63,482 nt of DNA, filler included, from Squatina squatina (GCA_031763465.1; 3 parts of 3 records of this genome joined end to end with filler, not necessarily neighbours in it), one strand, 5' to 3'; shown: positions 11,007-24,760, counted from the whole stretch's first letter. The notes: a model not told the origin generated them from the letters alone. A program made the numbers and translations.

Positions 11007-11570
11007 GGATAACTTCACATTTTTCCACATTATATTCCATCTGCCATGTTCTTGCCCACTCACTTAGCCTGTCTAAATCCCCTCGAAGCCTCTTTGCAAC
11101 TTACATTCCCATTTAGTTTTGTGTCATCAGCAAACTTGGAAATATTACATTTGGTCCCCTCATCCAAATCATTGATATAGATTGTTAATAGCTGGGGCCC
11201 AAGCACTGAACCTTGTGGTACCCCACTAGTTACAGCCTCCCAACCTGAAAATTACCCGTTTATTCCTACGCTCTGTTTTCTGTCCATTAACCAATCCTCA
11301 ATCCATGCTAGTGTATTACCCCCAATCCCACGAGCCCTAATCTTCTGTAACAACCTCTTTTGTGGCATCTAATCGATGCCTTCAGAAAGTCCAAATATAC
11401 TACACCCAATGGTTCTCCCTTATCTACCCTGTTAGTTACACACTCAAAAAATGAATAGAATTGACAAACACAATTTCCCTTTCTTAAAGCTGTGTTGACT
11501 CTGGCAAATCATATTGTGATTTTCCAAGTGTCCTGTTTCTGTGTCCTTAATAATAGATTCTAGTATTTTG
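11007..11570 (-). mobile_element. CR1 ORF2 RT fragment
   Basis: The minus strand encodes [37 protein letters not shown], the RT catalytic core. Confidence 0.88.
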
Positions 11571-11579
11571 TTATTGTGT

Positions 11580-12445
11580 ACAGATTACTGAAAGTTCATG
11601 AACATGTAGAGAAAATGTAATTAAAACTAACAAGGTATTGGGTTGTATTAATGGAACCATTCAGTATAAATCTAAGGTCACCATTCTGTCATTATACAGT
11701 TCGCTGGTTGGATCACATCTGGAGGTCTGCACCCAGTTTTGGTCCCCCCGCATGTTGGATGATATAGTGGCCTTGGAAAAGGACCAGACCAGAGCAGAGC
11801 TGGGAGAATGATTCCTAGCTTAATGAACCTCAGCTATTTACACAGGCTTAAGGACCTTGGTCTATTTACTTTAGAGCAGTGCAGATTTAGAGGTTACCTG
11901 ATAGAGGTCAATAAAGTAATTAAAGGGCTGGTTAGCATGCTGACTGATAAATTGTTTCAGTTTAACTGATTGGAGGGGACCAGGGAATGACGAGTTTATA
12001 CTGCCTAAGAGTAGGAACACACTGGATGTTAGGCGCTGCTTCTTTTCCCATTGAAATGAGAGCCTCTGGAGTACATTACTGCTGTGGTGGGTGTTTACTC
12101 TCTTCAAGAGGGAGTTGCACTGGACTGGAGCAGGCCGCAACATATAGACGGTAAGGGTCTTTATAGATAACACTTGGTCCATGTGATTTTCAGGACTGGT
12201 TTTGATCACCTGAAGGTCTGAGAGAAATTTTCCAATGTACCTTTTCCCTTATTGGGTTTTTTCGCCTCTCCAAGTGGATTACGTAGCTGTGCAGGTGGAT
12301 ATGAGGTGTTGGGGGGAGAGGGGGTAAAAGTGGTAGGTGAGGGAAAGTCAGGAGAGGGGCCAAGTGTCTCGTCAGGTTGGTCCATCCATCATGGTGTGGG
12401 GAAGGCTTGATGGATTAGCTGGTCCCTTCCTGCCTGTAAGTTTCA
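11580..12445 (+). mobile_element. Old, decayed CR1 3' portion with structured 3' UTR
   Basis: Remnants of HLEVCTQFWSP and LRGYLIEVNK, then a UTR homologous to 8645-8765. Confidence 0.65.
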
Positions 12446-13850
12446 AATGTAACAACTACATGAATCTGAATGGTTTTAACTCAGCCCCACTCTCTGGCCA
12501 TAGTGTCAGCTGTAGCTCAGCAGGTAACACTCTCGCCTCCAAGTCAGAAGGTTGCGAACACAAAAATCTGGCTAACATTCCTGAGTGCTGCATTGCCNNN
12601 NNNNNNNNNNNNNNNNNNNNNNNNNNNNNNNNNNNNNNNNNNNNNNNNNNNNNNNNNNNNNNNNNNNNNNNNNNNNNNNNNNNNNNNNNNNNNNNNNTGT
12701 CAGCTCACAAGGACTTCTGTTAGTCTTCAAGAATGCTTCATTTAAAGGGACACTGTGGAGTAGAGATTAGCTTTGGGAAGTAGTGCAGCAGGGATTGGAT
12801 TGCATTGACTGCCTGTTAAATGGCCTGCCTGATTTTCAGATTCATTGTCTTCAATGGAACTGAATATCGGGTGGTGCATATAACAGGCGGCCCATTCAAT
12901 TCCATCATTTTGCACTACCATCCAAAATGAATGTCTATCCCTGTATCTCTACTTCTCATATTGGCATGCATGCTTTCATATGGGGCATGTGTCCAAAACA
13001 GTTATATGCGTTTAACATTCTCAACTCTCCCTCCAAAGGAGAAGCTGATTCACAAACATTGTGGAACCAGGGAGGAATGACCTCATTCAAACCTCTGAGA
13101 TAGTAGGATGGGGAGGCTTTCGACAAAATAGGCAGACAGACTTTAGAGGCTGTGGGAGATGGCGAGGTTGGAGTCAAGGCGGCAACAGAAGCTTGGTAAG
13201 ACCTGGAAAATGATCATCATAGGTAGTAACCATCCATGCTTTCTCAAAGTATTATAAAGTATTCTTTACACTCAACAACTCTTCTTCTAAAGAAAAAGAC
13301 ATTGCATGTGCAGCTAAACAAGCACTTCTGTCTTTCATATCATAGGAGGTGCCTTGCAAGACGAGGCCAACCATTATGATGATGGGCACATCCAGATCCA
13401 AAACTCCTGACACTTCTTCACCAACTGTGAAATCTTACTTGTGCAAGACATGGGCCTGGCATCCACTGCAACAGAAAGGCTGCTGGAAGCTGTTCCCTCT
13501 GGGACAGCTGCTTCACTGAGATGAGTATTACTTCAGGCCATTAAAGCTCCAGGGACACCATCCCAATCACTTACCACTTAATCTCATCTCACTCAGGGAG
13601 CACCTCATATGTGCGGTAGATAATGCCCGAACAGGTAAGTTAGTTGGCACAAAATGTAAAACATCATGATAAAAAGTAGCTGTTGATAGGGTGATTGGAG
13701 TTTATGGCACATTTTAGCAAATGTTGTTCTGTAAATAAACCCGCCTTGAGCGCATAGAGTCCCCAGTATGTGCTTCCAATTTTGGGGACTTGGAAGATGG
13801 CAGGGGAATGTAGACTTCTGTCTTATGAAAGAACTTGGTTGAAGTCTTTG

Positions 13851-14800
13851 ACATAGAAACATAGAAACATAGAAAATAGGAACAGGAGTAGGCCATTCGG
13901 TCCCTCGAGCCAGCTTTGCCATTCAATATGATCATGGCTGATCATCCAAATTCAGTACCCTATTCCTGCTTTCTCCCCATATCCCTTTATCCCTTTAGCC
14001 CTAAGTACTATATCTAACTCCTTCTTGAATAGATTTAATGATTTTGCCTCAANNNNNNNNNNNNNNNNNNNNNNNNNNNNNNNNNNNNNNNNNNNNNNNN
14101 NNNNNNNNNNNNNNNNNNNNNNNNNNNNNNNNNNNNNNNNNNNNNNNNNNNNCCAAATCATTGATGTATATTGTGAATAGCTGGGGCCCAAACACTGATC
14201 CCTGCCGTACCCGACTAGTCACCGCCTACCACCCCGAAAAAGGCCCATTTATTCCCACTCTCTGTTTCCTGTCTGCTAACCAATTCTCAATCCATGCCAG
14301 TATATTACCCCCACTCTCATGTGTTCTAATTTTGCACACTAACCTCTTGTGTAGGACCTTATCGAAAACCTTCTTAAAATCCAAATACACCACATCCACT
14401 GGTTCTCCCTTATCTATTTTATTCGTTACATCCTCAAAAACTACAGTAGTTTTGTCAAACATGATTTCCCTTTCATAAGTCCATGTTGACTTTGTCTAAT
14501 CCCATTGATACTTTCTAAGTGTCCTGTTATCACATCCTTTATTATAGATTCTAGCATTTTCCATACTACTGACGTCAGGCTAACCGGTCTGTAATTCCCT
14601 GTTTTCTCTCTCACTCCTTTTTTAAATAGTGGGGTCACATTTGCCACCCTCCAATCAGCAGGAACTGTTCCAGAATCTACAGAATTTTGGAAGATGACAA
14701 ACAATGCATCCACTATTTCCACGGCCACCTCCTTTAGTACACTGGGATGTAGATTATCAGGCCCTGGGGATTTATCGGCTTTCAGTCCCATTAATTTCTC
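13851..14800 (-). mobile_element. Young CR1 LINE: RT N-terminal half and 3' tail, split by a gap
   Basis: KSPGPDNLHP, NYRPVSLTSVV, SQHG, VDVVYLDFKKVFDKV; tail (catagaaa)3. Confidence 0.92.
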
Positions 14801-15239
14801 CAGCAAAGAGCAAACGAGCTCAGGCAGCATCAACCCTTTTGTGAGATGGAGTGAGTCTGCAGCAGAAACCTGTCCACAATTGACAGCAATTGTTACCAAG
14901 GTGGCAGATTTGGTTAGAGGCACAGCACGGATGTCATGCTATGGAAAAGCCACATAACTGTATCTGAGACTGGGCATTAACCTCGAGACTGCAGGCAGCT
15001 CCAGGCAATTCTATATTTCAAAATGCTAAAAATGCCTTTAATATTGCAGTAGCAGTACTTCTCCTGTCAGGAGTAGTTTGATTATTGTTCTATTATACAT
15101 ATACAAGCACATGATGTGTTTTGAAAATTTTAATTGAAAAGAAATTCTCCTCTCCATTTTTAGCCTGCTCGGTTTTTCTTTCCTCTATGCTCAATAATTT
15201 AATATAGCTTATTACTTATTGTTACAAACTTTGTTTCAC

Positions 15240-15590
15240 TATTCATTCTCAGGCCAGCATTTATTGCCCACCCATATTTACCCTGAGAAGGCGATGTAAC
15301 AACTGAAGGGCTTGCTTGACCACTTCAGATGGCAATGCAGAATCAAGCACTTTAGTCACATACAGGACAGACTGGGGAAGAACAGTTAGTTTCCTTCCAC
15401 ATTAATGAACCAGTTAGGTTATTTATAACAAATCCAACAGCTTCATGGCCACTTTTAATTGACCAGATTATTTTAGCTGAATTTGAATTCTCAAGAGGCC
15501 ATGATGGGATTTGAACTCACATTCTACAAGATTACGAGTCTCGCCCTCTGGATTACGAGTCCAGTCATTTGATCACTCCACCAACATACT
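15240..15590 (-). mobile_element. Diverged copy of the 7087-7452 SINE
   Basis: ggccagcatttattgccc...gggatttgaactc...ctctggattacgagtccag. Confidence 0.65.
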
Positions 15591-15904
15591 ACCTTGGATA
15601 TTCTTTCAGCTTCAGCAGCACTGGTCACTTCTGTAAGCAGAGCCCATGTTCCCTGCACTCAGGAGTGGGCCTGTATTGTCCAATATTTAGTTGTATGATG
15701 GTGTGACACAGTCACATAACAATGAGATACCCATGCCCCCGCCAGCTTGTTATATGGACCAGATATCTTAATCTTTGGTATGTACCCACGAATCTTCTGG
15801 TAGGCAGATTGATTCGCACTTTAACAAGACAAGGTTGTATGTGAGTCCAAAAACAATTTTACTTTGTAATTATTAAGTGAACTCATAGAGAAACTAAAGT
15901 TATT

Positions 15905-16145
15905 GAATAGAATGGGCCTATAGTCTCTGGAGTTTCGAAGAATGAGACGTGATCTCATTGAAACATGTAAGATTCTGAGAGGGCTTGACAGGATAAATGT
16001 TTCCCCTGGCTGGAACTAAGGGGCACAGTCTGAAGATAAGGGGTCAGCCATTTAGGACTGAGATGAGGAGAAAGTTCTTCACTGAAAGGGTTGTGAATCT
16101 TTGGAATTCTCTACCCCAGAGGGCTGTTTATGCTCAGTTGTTGAG
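15905..16145 (+). mobile_element. CR1 ORF2 C-terminal fragment
   Basis: SLEFRRMRRDLIETCKIL...EMRRKFFTERVVNLWNSLP. Confidence 0.8.
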
Positions 16146-16313
16146 TTGCTGACCATGCTCAATCATCCCTCCTTATCCTCCTCAATTGCTCTGAGGTCTT
16201 TGACACAGTCGACNNNNNNNNNNNNNNNNNNNNNNNNNNNNNNNNNNNNNNNNNNNNNNNNNNNNNNNNNNNNNNNNNNNNNNNNNNNNNNNNNNNNNNN
16301 NNNNNNNNNNNNN

Positions 16314-16870
16314 GGAAAACTCTCCACTGCCTGGAGTCATACTAAGCACAAAGAAAGATGGTTGTGGTTGCTGGGAGGCTAATCATCTCAGCCCCATGAT
16401 AGTGCTGCAGGAGTTCCTCTGGGCAGTGTCCTAGTCCCCACCATCTTCAGCTGCTTCATGAATGACCTTCTCGCCATTCTAAGTGCAGAGGTGGAGAGGT
16501 TCGCTGATAATTGCGCCGTGTTCAGTTCCATTTGCAACTTCTCCAATAATGAAGTAGTCCAAGCCCGCATGCAGTAATACCAGGACAACAGTCAGGCTTA
16601 GGCTGATAAGTGGCAGGTAACATTTGCGCCACACAAGTGCCAGGCAATGGCCATCTCCAACAAGAGAAAGTCTAACCACCTCCCCATGACATTCAATGGC
16701 AGTACCATTGTCTAATCCCCCACCATCAACATTCTGGGGGTCATCATTGACCAGAAACTTAACTGGACCAGCCACATAAATACTATGGCCACAACAGCAG
16801 GTCAAAGGCTGGGTATCCTGTGGTGAGTGACTCACTGTCCGACTCCCCAAGGCCTTTTCACCATCAACAA
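16314..16870 (+). mobile_element. CR1-group LINE (second family) RT fragment
   Basis: AGVPLGSVLVPTIFSCFMNDL...FADNCAVF, WQVTFAPHKCQAM. Contains stop codons. Confidence 0.82.
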
Positions 16871-16970
16871 NNNNNNNNNNNNNNNNNNNNNNNNNNNNNN
16901 NNNNNNNNNNNNNNNNNNNNNNNNNNNNNNNNNNNNNNNNNNNNNNNNNNNNNNNNNNNNNNNNNNNNNN

Positions 16971-17585
16971 GATCCAAGATTTGCTTTGAATGACATCACT
17001 TTCAAATTAACGAAGAATTATATCATATTATGTTCAGTCTTCCCTGAAGGCCCCTTTACAACAAGATTATTGATTAACCCGTTCTCAGTGCACAGTACTT
17101 GATCTAAACTAGTCTCTTCCCTCGTTGGTCCCTCAAAATACTGATCAAGAAATCTATCTCGTATACATTCCAGGAATTCATCCTCCACAGTATTAGTGCT
17201 AATTTGGTTTGTCCAATCCATATGTAGATTAATGTCCACCATGATTACTGTATTACCCTTGTTAAATGCACTTCTAACTTCCTGATTTATACCGTTCCCC
17301 CTGCATTACCCTTGCTGTTTGGTGGGATATAACGAACTCCCAACAATGTTTTCTGCCGTTTTCTGTTTCTTACCTCCACCCAAACTGATTCTACATCTTG
17401 ACCTTCTGAGCCACGATCCTTTCTCACTATTGTACTGCTGTCTCCTTTATTAACAGTGCTATGCCATCTTCATTTCCTTTTTGTCTGTCCTTCCTAAATG
17501 TCGAATAACCTTGAATATTCAGTTGCCAGTCTTGGTCACCCTGCAGGCATGTCTCCTTATTAGCAATTATATCACACCCATTCAC
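16971..17585 (-). mobile_element. CR1 ORF2 APE endonuclease fragment
   Basis: EDEFLECIRDRFLDQY..PTREETSLDQVLC..GPSGKTEHNMI. Confidence 0.82.
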
Positions 17586-17596
17586 TTCTACTTGTG

Positions 17597-18170
17597 AACC
17601 AGGGCAGTCCTGTTTGTGGATCTTGGGAAGGAGGTAGAAGGGGATTGAGTGGGATTGGCGAACTATGGGGTTGGCGGCCGTGGAGGGAACATCTCCCGGA
17701 GGAAATGAGGTCAGTTATGGTCTGGGAGATGAAAGCTTGAGGATCGGTAATGAGGTCATGGTCCAGGCGGGAATAGGAGAAGGTGTCAGTGAGTTGGCGT
17801 TCGGCCTCCACAAGGTAGCTGTCGTTACACTAAACAACAACAGCGCCGCACATGTCAGCAGGGCAAATGACAATGTTGTGTTTGGATCTGAGAGAGCGGA
17901 GTGCTGCACATTCAGAGGGAGGGAGGTTCGAGTGAGTGAGGAGCGCAGAGTAATTGGGATGGAAATGAAACAATCTAGAGAAGGTAAGAATCCAGAGTGC
18001 GGGGTCCAGCTACAGGGACAATTCTAGAAATGGGCGAAAGGGTCAGCTGTGAGGGAGGAAGGAAGATTCCTGGCCAAAGATTTGGGTGCAGAGGCCGAGG
18101 CGGGGCTTGAAATTCATTGAGTTGGGGGCGCAAGGGGATGAAGCTCAGATCTTTGCTGAGGACTGATCAT
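17597..18170 (-). mobile_element. Penelope-like element RT N-terminal fragment (pseudogenised)
   Basis: Minus-strand pieces LSFIPLRPQLNEF, IVICPADMCGAVVV (decayed IKPADKGGAVVV), EAERQLTDTFSY and FYLLPKIHKQDCPG, all hallmark PLE motifs. Confidence 0.85.
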
Positions 18171-18179
18171 TCGGAATCA

Positions 18180-19850
18180 GGGAGTCCCTTGGGTCCATCT
18201 CACTCTCTAACAGATTTTCCGTTTTGGATACTGCTGGTGGAGATGGTTATTCATGCGAATACAACCAGAGCCTAGTCCGTGCCACCACGTGTGGCTCCGC
18301 TGCACAGGACGGGAGGAAAAAGACTGGGAGAGCAATAGTGACAGGGGACTCTATATTAAAGGGAACAGATTGATATTTCTGCAGCCGCAGACATGTCTCC
18401 AGGATGCTATGTTGCCTCCCTGATGCCAGGGTCATGGATGTCACTGAGTGGCTGCAGGTCATTCTGAAGGGGGAGGGTGAACAACCAGATGTCATGGTCC
18501 GTATCAGGGCCAGAGATATAGGTAGAAACAGGGGTGAGGTACTGCAAGCAGTAAGTGAGCTCAGAAATATATTAAAAAACAGGACCCCAAAGGTAGAGAT
18601 TTCAGGAATACTCCCAGTGCCACATGCTTGTGAGAATAAGAACAGGAGAATAGACCAGGTGAATATGTGGCTGGAAATATGGTGCAGGGGGGAGGGCTTT
18701 AGATTCCTGAGCCATTGGCACTGATTCTGGCGAAGATGGGACCTTGTGAAAGCTGGACGGATTGCACCCCAGCAGGGCCGGGGCCAATATCCTTACAGGA
18801 GTATTTCCTAGTACCGTTCGGGAGGGTTTAAAGTGAAGTGGCATGGGGATGGGAAGCTGAGTGTGGAGACAGAAGAGAGGGAAACAAGGATCGATATTAA
18901 AGACAGAAAAATAGAAAGCAAAATTGGAAGGCAGAGGAACCAAGGGCTAACAGCAAATAAGGCCATAGTACGAAACAATGCTAAGATGCTTAAACATTTT
19001 TAAACTACAAATCTAAAGGCACTGTATCTGAATGAATGAAGAATTCCTAACAAGGTAGATGAATTAACAGTGCAAATAGATATAAACAGGTACGGTATAA
19101 TTGCAATTACGGAGACACGGCTGCAGGGTGACCATGCCCGAAAGCTTAATATCCAAGGGTATTTGATATTCAGGAAGCACAGGCAAAAAGGAGAAGGAGT
19201 TGGGGTGGCATTGCTAATAAAGGACGAAATTACTGCAACAGTGAAAAAGGATATTGGCTCACAAAATCAAGATGCAGAATCAGTCTGGGAGGATCTGAGA
19301 ATGACCAAGGGGCAGAAAACATTGGTGGGATTTGTCAGTAGCATTCACAACAGTAGAGGTAATGTATGGGACAACATTAAACAGGAAATCGGAGATGCAT
19401 GTAACAAGGGTACTACAGTAATCATGGCTGACTTTAATCCACATATATACTGGCCAAACAAAATTAGCAATAATACCGTGGAGGATGAATTGCTGGAGTG
19501 CGTACGAGATGATTTGTTTTTAGATCACTACGGTGAGGAACCAACTGGGGAACAGGCTATATTCGATTTGGTATTGTGCAATGGCAGGGGGTTATGCAAT
19601 AATCTTATTTTGCAGGGGACTTTTGGGAAGAGTGACCAAAACATGATTGAATTCTTGATTAAGATGGAAAGTGCAGTCGTTCAATCCGAAACTCATGTCC
19701 TAAATCTAAACAAGGGAAACTATGAAAGTATGAGGGGCGAGTTGGCTATGATGGATTGGGGAAGTTCATTAAAAGGAATGACCATGGAAAAGCAATGGCT
19801 AACATTTGGGAATATATACAGGAGTTGCAACAGTTATACATTCCTTTCTG
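18180..19850 (+). mobile_element. CR1: ORF1 SGNH/GDSL esterase domain plus ORF2 APE domain (19070-19882 open)
   Basis: ORF1: AIVTGDSIL, CCLPDARV, ISGILPVP, DGLHP. ORF2: IIAITETRL, GVGVALLIK, IMADFN, IFDLVL, GKSDQNMI. Confidence 0.9.
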
Positions 19851-20139
19851 GCTCAACAGTTATACATTCCTTTCAAGCTTAATATACTTCCCATTCTTGT
19901 TTTGAACTCTGCAACCCTGTGTCCTGTGTGTTCCTCTGTGATTCTCTCCAGAATCACCCATACACCTAAGAGTCCTTGTCCCAAGAACCCCCGAGACAGC
20001 CCACTGCTCCCTGCCTCTCCATAAAGGTACGAGTGTCCAGGCCGCTGTCGATCGCACCCTAGGCCCTGAGCGAGGTGTGTTTGGTCTGTGCGACCTACAC
20101 CATCTTAATGAAGAATTCTTTCATGTTAGGATCACTCCT

Positions 20140-21045
20140 CCTCAAGGGGCCTCACACAACAAACTTGCTAATTAATCCTTTCTCATTATATAATACCCAG
20201 TCTAGGCTGGCCTGCTCTCCAGTTGGTTCCTTGACGTATTTATCTAGGAAACCATCCCGTGTACTCTTCAAGAATTCCTCCCCACAGTATTGTTACTAAT
20301 TTGGTTAGTCCAATTTATATGTGGACTAAAGTCACCCATGATTACCGCTGTACCCTTATTACACAAGTCTCTAACTTCCTGTTTAATGCCATCCCCAACA
20401 TCTCCACTGCTGTTTGGGTGTCTGTCTCGAACTCCCACTAACGTTTTCTGCCCCTTGCTATTCTTTAGCTCGACCCTATACAGATTCCACATCATCTGAG
20501 CTGATATCGCTCCTCACTATGGTGTTAATCTCCCTTTTAACCAGCAATGCTATCCCACCTCCTTTTCCTTTTTGCCTGTCCTTCCTAAATATTGAATACC
20601 CCTGGATTTTCAGTTTCCATCCTTGGTCATCCTGCAGCCATGTCTCTGTAATCCCAATTATATCATATACGTTTACATCTATTTGCACAATTAATTCAGC
20701 CACCTTGTTGTGAATGCTCCGCGCATTAAGACACAAAACCTTTAGGCTTGTCTTTTTAACATTATTCATCCCCTTAACATCATTTTGTACTATGGCCCTG
20801 TTTGTTTTTCACCCTGGATTTCTCTGCCTTCCACTTTTGCTTTTCCCCTTGCTGTCTTTTGTTTCTATCCTTGCTTCCCCTTCCTCTGTCTCCCGACATA
20901 GGTTCCCTTCCCCCTGCCATTTTAGTTAAAACCCTCCCCAACAGTACTAGCAAACACTCCCCCTCGGACATTGGTCCCAGTCCTGCCCAGGTGCAACCCG
21001 TCCACCTTGTACTGGTCCTACCTCCCCCAGAACCGCTTCCAAAGT
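20140..21045 (-). mobile_element. CR1 ORF1 end plus APE fragment
   Basis: LKVLCLNARSIHNKVAEL..IIGITETWLQ..KGGGIALLVK; IMGDFS. Confidence 0.88.
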
Positions 21046-21254
21046 CCCTTAAGTATTGTGCGCAGTTTAGATCTCCTTATCCGAGGATTGATGTTCTTGC
21101 TATGAAGGGAGTGCAGCGATGCTTCACCAGACTGATTCCTGGGATGGCAGGACTGATGTATGAAGAGAGATTGGATCGATTAGGCTTATATTCGCTCGAG
21201 TTTAGAAGAATGAGAGGGGATCTCATTGAAACTTATAAAATTCTAACAGGACTN
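21046..21254 (+). mobile_element. CR1 RT C-terminal fragment in opposite orientation
   Basis: YCAQFRSPY..GVQRCFTRLIPGMAGLMYEERLDRLGLYSLEFRRMRGDLIETYKIL. Confidence 0.85.
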
Positions 21255-21384
21255 NNNNNNNNNNNNNNNNNNNNNNNNNNNNNNNNNNNNNNNNNNNNNN
21301 NNNNNNNNNNNNNNNNNNNNNNNNNNNNNNNNNNNNNNNNNNNNNNNNNNNNNAATTGGGTTAATCTGCTCAATCAGCCATTCT

Positions 21385-23967
21385 ATAAAGTGGTCAGCTG
21401 GGCCATTCAGTGAAAGGGAGGGTGAACTGCCAGAGGTCGTGGTGCATATTGGTTCCAACGACATCGGTAGAATGCAGGATTAGTTCCCGCAAGTAGAATA
21501 TGGGGACACAGGAAATAACTGAACAGGCAGGTCGTCAAAGGTAGTAATCTCAGGATTACTCCAAATACTACATACCAGTGAGAATTGGAGAATAGACCAG
21601 ATGAATGGGTGGCTGGAGGGAGTGATTTACATTCCTGAGGCATTGAGACCGACTCTGGGGAATGTGAGATATGTGCAGGCCTGGTGGGTTGCAACATAAC
21701 AGGAATGGGACTAATATCCTAGCATGGGTGGAGGGGAGTTGACAGTGCTGATTGGAAGAGTTTAACCCAGAGTGGCAGGGGGATGGGAACCTCAGCGGGG
21801 AGTCAGAAGAGGGGGAAACAGAACTAGAAAAAAAAGAAAGAAAAGTAGAAAACAAAATTTGAAGGCAGAGGAAACTTGAGATAGCAGCAAGTATGGCCAT
21901 AGCACCAAAAATGGTAAGATGTTTCAAAATGTTAAAAAGGCAAATCTAAAGGCACTTTATCTGAATTCATGAACCATTCACAATAAGGCAGATGAATTAA
22001 TGGTGCAAATAGATGTAAACAGGTACAATGTAATTGCGATGACAGTGACATGGTTGCAGGGTGACCAAGGCTGGGAACTGAATATCCAAGGGGATTAGAG
22101 ATTTAGGAAGGACAGGCAAAAAGGAAAAAGAGGTGGGGTGGCGATGTCAAAACAAGATGAAATCAGTGCATTGGTGAGAAAGAGTATTGGATCAGAAAAT
22201 CTAAATGTAGAATCAGTCTGGGTGGAGCTAAGAAACACCAAGGGGCAGAAAATATTGTTGCGAATTGTCTTTAGGCCTCCAAACAGTACTGGTAATGTAG
22301 GTGATGGCCTTAAACAGGAAATTAGAGATGCATGTAACAAGGGTTAAACAGTAATCAGGGGTGACTTTAATCTACATATAGAGTGGCCAAACCAAAATAG
22401 CAGTAATATTGCGGAGGATGAATTCCTGGAGTGTGTCCAAGATTTTTTTTTTAGACCAGCATGTTGATGATCAAAATAAGGAACAGGCTGTACTAGATTT
22501 GGTGCTGTGCAACAAGATGGGGTTAATTAATAATATTGTTGTGTCGCATATCGAGTGTCACATTTAAGGAAGAGTGACCATAATATGACTGAATTCTTCA
22601 TTAAGTTTGAAAGTGATGTAACTCAATCCGAAACTATGGTCCTAAATCTGAACAAAGGCAGCTACGAAGGTATGAGGGGGCGAGTTGACTACAATAGATT
22701 GGGGAACTTCATTCAAAGGCATGACAGTGGATAAGCAATTGCAAACAATTAAGGAATGAATGCATGAATTGCTACTGTTCTACATTCCCTTCTGGCACAA
22801 AAACACAACAGGAAAAGTGGCCCAACCAGGGCTAACAAAATAATTTAAGTATCTTATTAGATCGAAAGAGGAGCCATACAAATTTGCCGGAAAAAGCTGC
22901 ATGCCTCAGGATTGAGAGCAGTTTTGAAGTCAGCAAAGGAGGACCAAGAGATTGATTAAGAATTGGAAAATAGAATATGAGAGTAAACTTACAAGCAACA
23001 TAAAAGTGGACTGTAAAAGCTTCTACAAGTATGCAAAATAAACAAGATTAGTGAAGACAAATGTAGGTCCTTCAGAGACAGAAACTGGAGAATTTATAAT
23101 GGTGAAGAAGGAAATGGCTGAGCAATTAAACAAATACTTTGGCTCTGTCTTCATGGACAAGGACACAAATAACCTCCCAGAAATGCTAGGGAACCGAGCA
23201 TCTAGTGAGAAGGTGGAATTGAAGGAAATTAGTAAAATAAATAGTGCCGAAAATATTAATCGGACTGAAAGCCAATAAATCCCCAGGTCCCGATAATTTA
23301 CATCCCAGGGTACTAAAAGATGTGACCGTGGAAATAGTAGATGCATTGATTGTCATCTTCCAAAATTCTGCAGATTATGGAACTGTTCCTGCTGATTGGA
23401 GTGTAGCAAATGTAACCCCAATGTTTAAAAAAGGAGGGAGAGAGAAAGCAGGGAATTACAGACCGGTTAGCCTGACATCAGTTGCAGGGAAAATACTATG
23501 GTCTATTATAAAGGATGTGGTAACAGTACACTTAGAAAATATCAATGGGATTAGAACAAGTCAGCATGGATTTCTGAAAGGGAAATCATGTTTGACAAAC
23601 CTACTGGAGTTTTTTGAGGAAGTAACTGGAGGAAATGATAAGGGGGAACCAGCGGATATGTTTTCTTTGGATTTTCAGAAGCCTTTCTGTAAGGTCCCAC
23701 ACAAGAGGTTAGTGTGCAAAATTAGGGCACATGGGATTGCGGGAAATTTTCTTGCATGGATTTAGAATTTGCTAACAGACAGGAAACAGAGACTAGGAAT
23801 AAAAGGATCTTTTTCGGAGTGGCAGGTGTTAACTAATGGGATACTGCAGGGGTCAGTGCTTGTGCCCCAGCTTTCACAATATATCTCACTGATTTGGATG
23901 AGGGAACGAAATGTAATATTTCCAACTTTGCTAACTGAAGAAAACTAGGTGTGAATGTGAGTTCTGN
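21385..23967 (+). mobile_element. Long decayed CR1 (ORF1 esterase, APE, RT)
   Basis: Colinear: EGELPEVVVHIGSNDIG, APE motifs, KSPGPDNLHP, NYRPVSLTS, SQHGFLKGKSCLTNLLEFF, LDFQKPFCKVPH. Many stops and frameshifts. Confidence 0.92.
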
Positions 23968-24066
23968 NNNNNNNNNNNNNNNNNNNNNNNNNNNNNNNNN
24001 NNNNNNNNNNNNNNNNNNNNNNNNNNNNNNNNNNNNNNNNNNNNNNNNNNNNNNNNNNNNNNNNNN

Positions 24067-24760
24067 TCTTTAAAGGAGGGCATTAACTGGAACGTTGAGG
24101 GCGAAAATGGCAGCGCTGGCTGGGGTCACGTGAGTGAGGGTGCTTGAGTCGGGTTGGAGATTTCATCAGGTGTCCACCAAGTCAAAGGACCCGAACAGGT
24201 TCCTCAACGTTCCCATCATCATCAAGCTGTGCGGGGTACCAGAGTGGTCCCTCACCTTGAGGGTGCCGGTGAAATTCCACCCCCGCTCCACCCACCGATG
24301 ATAATGCACTCATTGGACGCGACACTTCTTCAAAGAAGCGCACTTGCTGCTCACTGGTCTGGGCAGCGAACCCGTTCACTGGATGGAGCAGCACATCCTC
24401 CAGGTGACCAGTGGCACATGCTCCTCGTTCCCCCCCCGCACCACACCCCCAAGATCTCCAGCCGAAAAAGTGGGGCGAGCAGGATAGCCACGCCGCGAGA
24501 AGTGGTGGTGAGGGGGTTACTGCGGACCTCTGCTTGCCATTCCAGGACCTGCGTAGCCTCGTCTCCCGGAAGCATACCGCATACTTACCCTCCTTAAGGA
24601 ACGAGAAGTTGATAAATCTGTGGCACGCCTCCCTGCTGCCGTTGATGTTGAAGCTGGCTGTGGTTATCTCCAACATAGTGCAACCTCTACTTAACACTAC
24701 TGTGGGGAGGGAGCTGATTGGTGTGTTACCCTCCACTCGCTCTCCTTTTAAGGTTTAAGG
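24067..24760 (-). mobile_element. Tx1-clade LINE fragment (ORF1 end and ORF2 APE N-terminus), frameshifted
   Basis: MLEITTASFNINGSRE..FSFLKEGKYAVCF, PGDEATQVLEWQAEVR..TTSRGVAILLAP: the Tx1 ORF2 start (ATG at 24676). Confidence 0.8.

Noticed and set aside
13040-13620. Possible second decayed Harbinger Myb/SANT gene
   Set aside because: Only faint motif resemblance with many disruptions.
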